Of a stretch of 32,000 nt of DNA, positions 24,421-32,000 are shown one piece after another. Source of the DNA: Adlercreutzia muris (GTDB lineage: Bacteria > Actinomycetota > Coriobacteriia > Coriobacteriales > Eggerthellaceae). Under the pieces are notes generated by a model, which saw only the letters and a program-made list of their open reading frames with translations, did not search any database and was not told the DNA's origin. Numbering within the stretch: position 1 is the first letter of the stretch; the number at the start of each line of letters is the position of its first letter. The DNA lies in assembly GCF_008831045.1 (NCBI RefSeq), contig NZ_WAJS01000006.1, forward strand, positions 5,513-37,512, read 5' to 3'. The position numbers and the translations under genes are program-made.

Positions 24421-25795
24421 TGCCGAGCTTCTCGTAGATGTGGCGCGTATGGGCCTTCGCCGTGCCCTCGGCGATGATGAGCTCGCTGGCCACGCCGGAA
24501 AGCGACTTGCCCTGGGCGAGAAGCTCCAGCACCTCGCCCTCGCGTGGCGTGAGGCGCCCGCGGGCGGCTACTTCCGCGCAACGGTGGGCAATGCGGCCGT
24601 GCTCGTCGTCTTCTGCGGCGCGCTTCCCTAGGAAGGCCAAGCCCCAACGCTCGTCTATCTCGCGCTTGTTCAGCACGAGAAGCGTGACAATCGCGATAAC
24701 GGCGACGGCCGCCACGGATCCCACCGCAGGGCCGAGGGCGCCGAAAAGCCCCTGCCCGTCGAGGGCCTCCGCAGCTCCTCGGCCCACCCAGCTCACGAGC
24801 AGCAGTGCCTCCTCGATGCCGAACAGGAGAAGGGCGCTCACGCCGAAGCGCTTGGCAATGTCGCAGAGGAACAGCAGCACCAGCGCGTTGAACAGCATAA
24901 CGCCGAGCGCGGTGCAGAAGCTGCCGGCCACGCTGCCGCCGATGCCGAACAGCGGCACGATGAGCAGCCCGCAGCAGATGAGCATAGCCGGAGCGCGGTA
25001 GAGCGTCGAGAGCGGTAGTCGGCTGGAAAAGCGCCATACCCACACGAAGAGCAGCACGCCGCCGACGAGGGTGGTCCAGGTGGAGTGGGAGCCGATGAGC
25101 GAGGGATGCTCGGCGCTGATGGCGGCGGAGCTGTAGCTGGCCACCAGCTCGAACAGCGCCAGAATGAGGAAGAACTTCCAGGGAATGAGCCGGCGTCCCG
25201 AAGCGGCGGGACGGTCTTCCGCGGGGATGTGGCAGCGGTAAGACCGGTGGGCGAGCGCTGCGGAAAGCGCGGGAAGCGCGATGAGCACGCCGTAGAGGTA
25301 CTCTTCGCGGAAGCCTTGGAGCAGGAACGTGAGCAGCACGCCGCCGATGATGGTGAGCGCATAGTACAGCGCCACCCGGGCGGCTCCCAGGCAGCTGTAG
25401 ATTTCGCACCACAGGAGAATGAGCAGGGCCGATCCGGCTCCGCCGGCGAGGGTGGCGGGGGCGACGAGGGGTGCTGCGGCTGCGGGCCAGATAACGGCTG
25501 CGGCATTCGCAGTGGCGGAGAAGCCGAGCAGAAGCGCGATGGACGGATACACCCACCGCTTGCTCGCCAGGGGAGCGAGCCGTGAGGAAAGCAGCGCGAC
25601 AGTTACTGCGCACGCCGCGAGTACGATGTCGTAGGAGAGGTGGCCGGCCGCCGTGTTCACCGGCATGGGACAGACGGGGTTCGCATAGGAGAGCGACACC
25701 CAGGCACGCCACAGGGCGAACCCGAGAAACGACAGCGGCATATCTGCTATGGAGGCAAGCGAGCGCGTAGGCTGCGCAGCTGCATCATGGGTCAT
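24374..25795 (-). CDS. membrane-embedded LuxR-family regulator (multi-TM N-terminus plus C-terminal HTH)
   Basis: GAAGGGGA Shine-Dalgarno. Hydrophobic N-terminal about 380 aa. The C-terminus is LTPREGEVLELLAQGKSLSGVASELIIAEGTAKAHTRHIYEKLGINTRQELLDLL. Confidence 0.8.
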   Translation of the reverse strand: MTHDAAAQPTRSLASIADMPLSFLGFALWRAWVSLSYANPVCPMPVNTAAGHLSYDIVLAACAVTVALLSSRLAPLASKRWVYPSIALLLGFSATANAAAVIWPAAAAPLVAPATLAGGAGSALLILLWCEIYSCLGAARVALYYALTIIGGVLLTFLLQGFREEYLYGVLIALPALSAALAHRSYRCHIPAEDRPAASGRRLIPWKFFLILALFELVASYSSAAISAEHPSLIGSHSTWTTLVGGVLLFVWVWRFSSRLPLSTLYRAPAMLICCGLLIVPLFGIGGSVAGSFCTALGVMLFNALVLLFLCDIAKRFGVSALLLFGIEEALLLVSWVGRGAAEALDGQGLFGALGPAVGSVAAVAVIAIVTLLVLNKREIDERWGLAFLGKRAAEDDEHGRIAHRCAEVAARGRLTPREGEVLELLAQGKSLSGVASELIIAEGTAKAHTRHIYEKLGINTRQELLDLLMAES

Positions 25796-26122
25796 GGCGC
25801 GTCCCCTTCTCCCAGCCGATTCCCCAATGGGCGCCGGCGCGCTGCTGAGGGCTGTCGCCCGCCGGCGCGGCTCCGGTATCCGCGCACCATTATAACGTGC
25901 ACTGCGGCTCTCCCTTCTCGGGGCAACGATTTCGACTCAGAGGGCGATCGGGATATTTTCCCAGGAAAACGGGGTGTTTACGAGAAAGGTTTACAAAGAT
26001 AAACAGGGAAAGCGCTGCGCGGTGGATGTGCGGCCGAAGGCAAAGCGGCCATAGTGGAATCGCTCCTGACGCCTTCGCAGAACGTCGGGCAGGGAAGGAA
26101 ACGAGACCATAGGAGGGTTCCC

Positions 26123-27757
26123 ATGCACACCATTGCCAATGTTAACCAGGCTCCTGATTCCGCGTCGCTTACCCGTCGCGGGCTGTTCAAGCTCGGCGGT
26201 TTGGCCACCGCCGTAGCCGCCGGCACCGCCCTTGCCGGCTGCGCGCCCCAACAGGGCACGCCCGTCGCTTCCACGGGCGAGGGCGCTGCGGCCTCCGATG
26301 GCACGCCGAGCTTCCTGGTGCCGCCCGAGCCCATCACCGAGTTCGACGAGACTCGCGATTACGAAGTGGTTGTCGTGGGCGCCGGCGTATCCGGCATGGC
26401 CGCCGCACTGTCTGCCGCCGAGGCCGGCGCGAAGATTGCCTGCGTGCAGCGCGAGGCCACGCCCTCTTCCCAGGGCAACATGGCTGCTGGCGTCGATCTG
26501 AACCAGACGAGCGAGGCCGGCAAGCAGGCGCTCATCAGCTACCTTATCAAGTTGGCCGACCACCGCAGCAACCGGGCGCTCTTGGAGGCCTGGGCCGACA
26601 ACTCCTTCGAGGCCCTGGCCTGGTTCAAAGAGGCCGCCTCGGCCGGCGGCATCGACGTGAACCCCGATGAGCCCCAGGCCGACCGCATGCTGCACATTAA
26701 CGGCTACGACGTGTACCTGCACGCCAACACCTACTTCCGCATCGGCCACGACGAGGTGGTGAAGGCCATCGCCCCGGGCGCCGAGGCCGCGGGCGTTGAG
26801 TTCTTCTACAGCTGCCCGGCCGTGCAGCTTGTCACCGACGAGGCGGGCCGCGTGACCGGCGTGGTGTGCGAGGAAGACGGCAAGCATGTGCTCTTCAACG
26901 CCAGCAAGGGCGTTATCCTGGCCACGGGCGACTACCAGTGCGATCCCGAGATGGTTGCCTACTACTGCCCCGACATCAAAGAGTTCCCGCCGTGCCAGAT
27001 CAATCGTACCGGCGACGGGCACAAGATGGGTGTGTGGGCCGGCGGCGAAATTGAGCCGACCACCCATACGAAGATGATCCACGATGCCCGCGTCGGCCGT
27101 GTGGACACGCCGCATCTGCTGGTGAACGCCAAGGGCGAGCGCTTCATGTGCGAGGGCCCCATGCAGGGCTACCTGAACAATTACGTGCGCGACTACATCC
27201 ACGAGGCCGATGGCGATGCGGCTGCCGGCAACCTGTACACCATCGTGGATGCGAAGTGGCAGGATCAGATTGCGGAATGGAAGGCCATCGATCCGGAGAT
27301 CGATGCCTCCAACTGCATGTGGTACTACGAGGGCAACACCATCGAGGAAGCCTGCGCCGCCATGGCCGCCGACACCGAGAGCGGCGCCTATAAGCTGGAT
27401 GCGGCCGCCGTGCAGGCCACGGTGGACCGCTACAACGAGCTGTGCGCCAAGGGCGCCGACGACGACTTCGGCAAGAATCCCACCTTCATGCGCGCTGTGG
27501 ACACCCCGCCCTTCATGGTGGTGCCCCACGAGTTCGGCATGGGCCTGTCGGCCATCATCGGAGGCTTGCTCATCAACGCCGACAACCAGGTGCTGAAGGC
27601 CGACGAGCACACTCCCATCGAAGGCCTGTTCGCCGTGGGCAACGTGTCCGGCTGCTTCTACGGCGGCGTGGACTACCCCATGGACGTGCTCGGCCTTTCC
27701 ATCGGCCGCGCCATCACCGGCGGCTACCTCGCCGGCAAGCACGTGGCCGCGCTCTAG
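26123..27757 (+). CDS. FAD-dependent fumarate-reductase-family flavoprotein, Tat-exported lipoprotein
   Basis: AGGAGGG Shine-Dalgarno before ATG 26123. The signal is LTRRGLFKLGGLATAVAAGTALAGC (twin-Arg plus lipobox). Also YEVVVVGAGVSGMAAALSAAEAG (GxGxxG), GVILATGDY, GDGHKMGVWAGG, VDRYNELCAKGADDDFGK, GLFAVGNVSG. Confidence 0.85.
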   Translation: MHTIANVNQAPDSASLTRRGLFKLGGLATAVAAGTALAGCAPQQGTPVASTGEGAAASDGTPSFLVPPEPITEFDETRDYEVVVVGAGVSGMAAALSAAEAGAKIACVQREATPSSQGNMAAGVDLNQTSEAGKQALISYLIKLADHRSNRALLEAWADNSFEALAWFKEAASAGGIDVNPDEPQADRMLHINGYDVYLHANTYFRIGHDEVVKAIAPGAEAAGVEFFYSCPAVQLVTDEAGRVTGVVCEEDGKHVLFNASKGVILATGDYQCDPEMVAYYCPDIKEFPPCQINRTGDGHKMGVWAGGEIEPTTHTKMIHDARVGRVDTPHLLVNAKGERFMCEGPMQGYLNNYVRDYIHEADGDAAAGNLYTIVDAKWQDQIAEWKAIDPEIDASNCMWYYEGNTIEEACAAMAADTESGAYKLDAAAVQATVDRYNELCAKGADDDFGKNPTFMRAVDTPPFMVVPHEFGMGLSAIIGGLLINADNQVLKADEHTPIEGLFAVGNVSGCFYGGVDYPMDVLGLSIGRAITGGYLAGKHVAAL

Positions 27758-27868
27758 TCGGCATCGGGGCGGCCGTCGGGTTTCGTACCGCTTCCAAGGG
27801 ACGCGTTCCGCGTCGCCGCTCTCGCGGGGGTGTGCTGCCTGCACCCACATGTTCTCGCCCTCCCCTTG

Positions 27869-27903
27869 GCGAAGGCCCGCTTCCGGCGGGCCTTCGCTTT
27901 CTT
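27869..27903 (+). terminator. rho-independent terminator after the flavoprotein gene
   Basis: GCGAAGGCCCGC, then TTCCG, then GCGGGCCTTCGC (12-bp perfect stem), followed by TTTCTT. Confidence 0.8.
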
Positions 27904-27990
27904 ACGACATTGAAAGCCGTCGTGTAAGGACGGAAGGAGGGAAAGCGGCTATACTGGCGGTAGACCATTTCGATACAGGAGGTATCTGCT

Positions 27991-28419
27991 ATGACCGAAT
28001 CGCAAAATGTGCCGCAGGGTGAGAGCTGCGATCCCTACCAGGGTCAGCAGTCCTATCAGGCTGCGCCCCAGCAGTCCTATCAGGCCCAGCAGCCCTACCA
28101 GGCCAGCTACGAGCAGCCGCAGGTGGCCTATCAGCAGGTGTACGCCCAGCCCGTGGCTCCGGCGGCGCCCGCGGCTCTGTACCCCATGACCGACACCGAT
28201 CGCACGCTGCGCCTCGTGGCGTTCATTTTCGTTATCCTGTCGCTCGTGGGCTCGTGCTGGCTCATCATCCCGCTGGCGTGGATGATTCCCATGGCCGTTA
28301 TCAGCTGGGGCATTTACAAGGGCACCAAGGCCAACACCGTGGCCTTCGGGGTGTGCACGCTGATCTTCTGCTCGCTGGTAGCCGGCATCCTGCTTCTGTG
28401 CTCCAACAAGGACCGGTAG
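27991..28419 (+). CDS. small membrane protein with a Q/Y/P-rich repetitive N-terminus
   Basis: CAGGAGG Shine-Dalgarno. The N-terminal about 60 aa is made of QQ(S/P)YQA-type units. The C-terminal about 75 aa forms two to three hydrophobic helices. Confidence 0.6.
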   Translation: MTESQNVPQGESCDPYQGQQSYQAAPQQSYQAQQPYQASYEQPQVAYQQVYAQPVAPAAPAALYPMTDTDRTLRLVAFIFVILSLVGSCWLIIPLAWMIPMAVISWGIYKGTKANTVAFGVCTLIFCSLVAGILLLCSNKDR

Positions 28420-28460
28420 CCTTTCGCAGGGTGCTCGGTCTTCCCATTGCCGAAACGAAA

Positions 28461-28492
28461 CGCGGGCGCTCCGAGAAAGGGGCGCCCGCGTC
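28461..28492. terminator. hairpin between convergent genes
   Basis: ACGCGGGCGC, a 12-nt loop, then GCGCCCGCGT (10-bp perfect stem). There is a T-rich tail only on the minus strand (TTCGTTTCGG), so it more likely serves the rubredoxin gene. Confidence 0.45.
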
Positions 28493-28529
28493 GTTGTCGG
28501 CTACATTGCAGTAGCCATCGGCGTCGCGC

Positions 28530-28694
28530 TTACTCCTCGTACAGCGAGAAGTCGTCCTTGCCGACGCCGCAGACGGGGCAGACCCAGTCCTCGGGAATGT
28601 CGGCGAAGGCGGTGCCGGGCTCGATGCCGCCGTCGGGATCGCCCACCTCGGGGTCGTAGATGTAGCCGCACACATCGCAGATGTACTTGTCCAT
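28530..28694 (-). CDS. rub: rubredoxin
   Basis: Trimmed to ATG 28694: [54 protein letters not shown]. It has both CxxCG knuckles and is 54 aa. Confidence 0.9.
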   Translation of the reverse strand: MDKYICDVCGYIYDPEVGDPDGGIEPGTAFADIPEDWVCPVCGVGKDDFSLYEE

Positions 28695-29099
28695 GGATGG
28701 CCTCTCTTTCAAGGTTGGGGCGGCGTGCTCGTCGCCTCCGGTGCTTGCAGATGCGAGCCCATGATGCCACTGGCCAGCCCGCCACGGCCGCTCCCGACGA
28801 AGCCGAAACCGATTTGTGAAGTAGGGCGCTAGCAGGAAGAAACCCAAGGCAAGCAGGGGGAAACTAACCCGTAACGGCGCAGAAACGGAAATACCAGCCG
28901 AAACCTAATCAATCACTGCCGAGCGCATCATGGGGGGCAGCATTTCCCATGAGGAAGTCCACCGCCGTCCGCAGGGTCGAGCGGGGCTCGCTGTTGCGTA
29001 AGCGCTTTGGCCGTGGCCGGACGCGCCCGCGCCGGCGACTTCCCCATCCGAGAGCGTGATGGCGTCGCGTCCGCGAGACGCGCAGGAAAGGAGCAGGCA

Positions 29100-30458
29100 A
29101 TGGTTACCGCCGAGCAGCAAAAGATTATCGACCGCGCCCAGCTGCAACAGGTGAACGGCTGGCAGCACTTGAAGGTGAAGGGCACTCCCTACGAGTGCGG
29201 CTTCCAAGAGGGCTACCTGCTCGTTGACGAGTACAAAGACGCCCTGCGCGTCTATAAGTTCATGACCTTGGAATCTTTCGGCATGACCTACGAGTGGTTT
29301 GCCGAACAGGCACTGAAGCTGCACCGGGGCATGATTCCCACTCGCTGGCTGGAAGAGCTGCGCGGCATGGCCGAGGGCCTGACGGCCGCCGGCGTGCCCA
29401 CCACCACCGACGACATGATCGCCTGGAACGACTGGATGGAGATCACCGGCTACTGGTGGCCCCAGAACGCCGGGAAGGTCATGAGCCGCCCGCTTATGAA
29501 GACCCACCGCAAGGAGCACTGCTCCGCCATCGTGGCCACCGGTTCGGCCACTGTGGACGGCAAGCCCTATCTGGGCCACGAGAGCTTCGACGAGTTCTGG
29601 AGCGGCCAGTACTTCAACGTGTGCAAGCGCGTGGAGCCCGACGAGGGCTATGCCTTCATCATGCAGGCCTCGGCCCCGTGCATGCTGTCCTCCATGACTG
29701 ATTTCTATGTGACTGCCGCCGGCCTGAACATCACCGAGACCACCCTGGCCGGCTTCGACCGCTACGACGACGCCGGTATGCCCGAGTGGGTGCGCATCCG
29801 CGACGCCGTGCAGTTCTCGGCCACCATCGACCAGTTCGTTGAGCGGCTGAACAAGCAGAACAACGGCGGTTACGCCAACGCCTGGCTCATAGCCGACCAC
29901 AACACCGGCGAGATCGCCCGCTTCGAGCAGGGCCTGGCCTTCACGAGCTTGGAGCGCACCTTCGACGGCGCCTACTTCGGCTGCAACGCCGTGTTCGACC
30001 CGCGCATCCGCAACCTGGAGTGCAAGGACAACGGCTTCAACGACCCGCGCCAGCAGACCGGTGCCCGCCGCCAGCGCTGGATGGAACTGATCGATGCGTA
30101 CTACGGAAAGATCGATCTGGAGGTCGTGAAGAAGATGCTGGCCGACACCTACGATGTGTATCTCGGCTATAACTGCCCGTCGAGCCGCTGCATCTGCGCC
30201 CACTACGACGTGGACCCGCAGTACTACGCCGACGATCCCGATGCCGTGTGGAACATCCCGTTCTACCCGGCCGGCTCCTGCGACGCCAAGGCCGCCGGTC
30301 CCGACGACGTGAAGCATATGAAGATGTGGGGCCGCTACGGCCGGGCCGACGGGGTGGAGTTCGTGGCGCGCGACTTCATGGACCAGCATCCGCTGTGGAA
30401 GTGGATGGATGGCTACCTGCAGGATCGTCCCACCCAGCCCTGGACCCTGTTCGATTAA
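29100..30458 (+). CDS. Ntn-hydrolase-superfamily protein (phospholipase-B-like / peptidase C45-like)
   Basis: GAAAGGAG Shine-Dalgarno before ATG 29100. The candidate nucleophile context is RKEHCSAIVATGSATVDGKPYLGHESFDEFWSGQYFNVCKRV, which resembles the hCSAL...H.tW..Y motif of PLB-like/C45 Ntn hydrolases, from memory. Confidence 0.5.
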   Translation: MVTAEQQKIIDRAQLQQVNGWQHLKVKGTPYECGFQEGYLLVDEYKDALRVYKFMTLESFGMTYEWFAEQALKLHRGMIPTRWLEELRGMAEGLTAAGVPTTTDDMIAWNDWMEITGYWWPQNAGKVMSRPLMKTHRKEHCSAIVATGSATVDGKPYLGHESFDEFWSGQYFNVCKRVEPDEGYAFIMQASAPCMLSSMTDFYVTAAGLNITETTLAGFDRYDDAGMPEWVRIRDAVQFSATIDQFVERLNKQNNGGYANAWLIADHNTGEIARFEQGLAFTSLERTFDGAYFGCNAVFDPRIRNLECKDNGFNDPRQQTGARRQRWMELIDAYYGKIDLEVVKKMLADTYDVYLGYNCPSSRCICAHYDVDPQYYADDPDAVWNIPFYPAGSCDAKAAGPDDVKHMKMWGRYGRADGVEFVARDFMDQHPLWKWMDGYLQDRPTQPWTLFD

Positions 30459-30550
30459 GAAGCCGGGAACCCGGATGCCGCGCCTCTCCACGGCGCTCGC
30501 GTCCTTTCCATATACCGCATTAGCCTATCGAGGATAAAGGAGCATAGATT

Positions 30551-31897
30551 ATGGAAATCTCAAAGGAACAACTTGCGAAGATGGCTCAGGCCTATAAGAA
30601 GGCCGAAACCCAGCATGTGGCCCAGCGCGCCGTCACCAAGAACGGCATTCTGGCGTCGGCCGAGAGCGTGGAGGTGCTCGAGTCCATGAGCCCCAAGAAC
30701 TTCGCGTTCTCCATCGACGTGGACGACCAGGCCGTGGCCAACCAGAAGATGTCCGGCCGCTGCTGGATGTTCGCCTGCCTGAACGTGCTGCGCTTCCATA
30801 TCGAGAAGGAGCTTGACCTGCCCCGTGGCACCTTCGAGCTCTCCCAGGCCTACCTGGCGTTCTTCAGCAAGCTGGAGCGCGCGGCCTGGTTTATGGAGCA
30901 TGCGGTGGCCACCGCCGACAAGGCCCTCGACGACCGCGAGGTGGACTGGCTGTTCAGCGCTCCCATGGCCGACGGCGGCGACTGGGACATGGTGTGCGCC
31001 CTCGTGAAGAAGTACGGCGTGATGCCCCATTCCGCCATGAGCGAGACCCACTGCACCAATGATACCGCCGAGCTGAACACCGTGCTCTCGCACCTGCTGC
31101 GCCAGGATGGCCTGAAGCTGCGCACCCTGGCCCAGGAGGGCAAGGACACCAAGGCGGTTCAAGAGGAGATGCTCACCGAGGTGTACCGCATCCTGGCTGT
31201 CTGCTTCGGCGAGCCTCCGGAGAAGTTCGACTTCACCTACAACGACGCCAAGGGTAAGTACCACGCCGACTTGGGCCTTACCCCGCTGGAGTTCCTGAAG
31301 AAGTACGTGTCCATTGACCTGGACGATTATGTGGGCGTCGTCAACGTGCCGGGCGAGGCGAACCCCTACGGCCGCCTGTATGCCGTGCAGGACTCCGACC
31401 AGATTCCCGAGCGCCGCAACCTGTACCTGAACGTGCCCATGGACGAGCTGAAGGGCTACGTCATCGAGTCGCTCAAGGACGGCGAGCCCGTCTGGTTCGG
31501 CTCCGACGTGCTGCAGCACTGCGATCGCGAGGCCGGCGTCATGGACTTCAACCTGTTCGATCTGGAGTCGCTGTTCGGCGTGAAGTTCACCATGGACAAG
31601 GCCGAGCGCTTCGCCACCCATGAGAGCCTGCCCACCCACGCCATGACCATCGCCGGCGTGGACATCAAGGACGGCAAGCCCACCAAGTGGAAGATCGAGA
31701 ACAGCTGGGGCACCGAGAACGGCGGCAAGAAGACCGGCAACAACGGCTACTTCGTGTGCAGCGACGAATGGTTCGACAACTTCGTCTACGAGGTGGCTAT
31801 CCGCAAGGACCGCCTGAGCCCCGCGCTGCAAAAGGCCCTGGATTCCGACCCGATCATCTGGCCGTTCTGGAACACCTTCAACCCGGTGTCTGCCTAA
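30551..31897 (+). CDS. pepC: aminopeptidase C (bleomycin hydrolase family, peptidase C1B)
   Basis: AAAGGAG Shine-Dalgarno. The active-site context is NQKMSGRCWMFACLNVLR, and the C-terminal HAMTIAGVD...WKIENSWG pattern fits. The length of 448 aa is typical. Confidence 0.85.
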   Translation: MEISKEQLAKMAQAYKKAETQHVAQRAVTKNGILASAESVEVLESMSPKNFAFSIDVDDQAVANQKMSGRCWMFACLNVLRFHIEKELDLPRGTFELSQAYLAFFSKLERAAWFMEHAVATADKALDDREVDWLFSAPMADGGDWDMVCALVKKYGVMPHSAMSETHCTNDTAELNTVLSHLLRQDGLKLRTLAQEGKDTKAVQEEMLTEVYRILAVCFGEPPEKFDFTYNDAKGKYHADLGLTPLEFLKKYVSIDLDDYVGVVNVPGEANPYGRLYAVQDSDQIPERRNLYLNVPMDELKGYVIESLKDGEPVWFGSDVLQHCDREAGVMDFNLFDLESLFGVKFTMDKAERFATHESLPTHAMTIAGVDIKDGKPTKWKIENSWGTENGGKKTGNNGYFVCSDEWFDNFVYEVAIRKDRLSPALQKALDSDPIIWPFWNTFNPVSA

Positions 31898-32000
31898 GGA
31901 CACCCGCCGGCCGCACGCCCATCGCGCAGTCGGCTCCGCGGGCACCCAAGCCCGCACACACTATCCGCTGTCCGGCGGATCGGGACGCGACCGTTCCGCC

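Noticed and set aside
21759-25712. Alternate-frame and antisense long ORFs over the LuxR genes (21759-23489 +, 21919-23340 -, 24252-25712 -, 24838-25506 -)
   Set aside because: They are Arg/Pro/Gly-rich with no TM pattern or HTH. The chosen frames give coherent TM helices plus a canonical LuxR HTH.
25991-27850. 619-aa minus-strand ORF
   Set aside because: It is antisense to the flavoprotein reductase, which carries the Tat signal, GxGxxG and family motifs. The composition is that of a shadow ORF.
28905-31957. 528-aa and 465-aa minus-strand ORFs (28905-30491 and 30560-31957)
   Set aside because: They are antisense to the Ntn-hydrolase-like gene and pepC, both of which have strong Shine-Dalgarno sites and active-site motifs. 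Neither has any domain signature.

Overview
High-GC window, about 65-70% GC in housekeeping stretches by hand count of sampled lines. The gene content looks like a Coriobacteriia/Eggerthellaceae-type gut anaerobe. That placement is inferred from paired multi-TM LuxR regulators next to Tat-lipoprotein flavoprotein reductases; no search was run. All family names come from motifs I recognise in the translations, not from database hits.

Layout:
- (1) 165-1172: EamA/DMT transporter, followed by an initiator-type tRNA-Met (1358-1435) with its own promoter and terminator.
- (2) 1436-8374: a lower-GC accessory island with no integrase, starting right after the tRNA. It holds a RhuM-family protein, an intact AbiEi/AbiEii module, a RyR-domain protein, a 17 x 26-aa LRV/HEAT-like solenoid protein, an AT-rich orphan ORF, a DUF2148 gene fragment, and a second, inverted, decayed AbiE module.
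- (3) 8375-11281: intact DUF2148 gene, then an uncharacterised pair (157 aa and 550 aa) separated by an iteron-like TGGCGCGAT array.
- (4) 11616-15303: FetA/FetB-like ABC exporter, GH25 muramidase lipoprotein, NdpA-like nucleoid protein.
- (5) 15304-17075: a low-GC single-gene insertion (Arch-ATPase-like AAA+ with wHTH) flanked by LuxR and HerA-like gene remnants.
- (6) 17076-20263: pyridoxal/pyridoxamine kinase, a DinJ-PIN toxin-antitoxin pair with a textbook promoter and palindromic operator, and a DUF4143 ATPase.
- (7) 20510-27757: two mirror-image membrane-LuxR/flavoprotein-reductase pairs, one intact and one with a decapitated reductase, with a THEP1/DUF2478-like NTPase between them.
- (8) 27991-31897: Q/Y/P-rich membrane protein, rubredoxin, Ntn-hydrolase-like protein, aminopeptidase C.

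Best candidates for undescribed biology are the RyR + solenoid + orphan cargo between the two AbiE modules (4286-6972), the 550-aa/157-aa pair (9064-11281), and the intact LuxR/reductase pair of unknown substrate (24374-27757). Many long ORFs in the track are antisense or alternate-frame shadows typical of high-GC DNA and were rejected.
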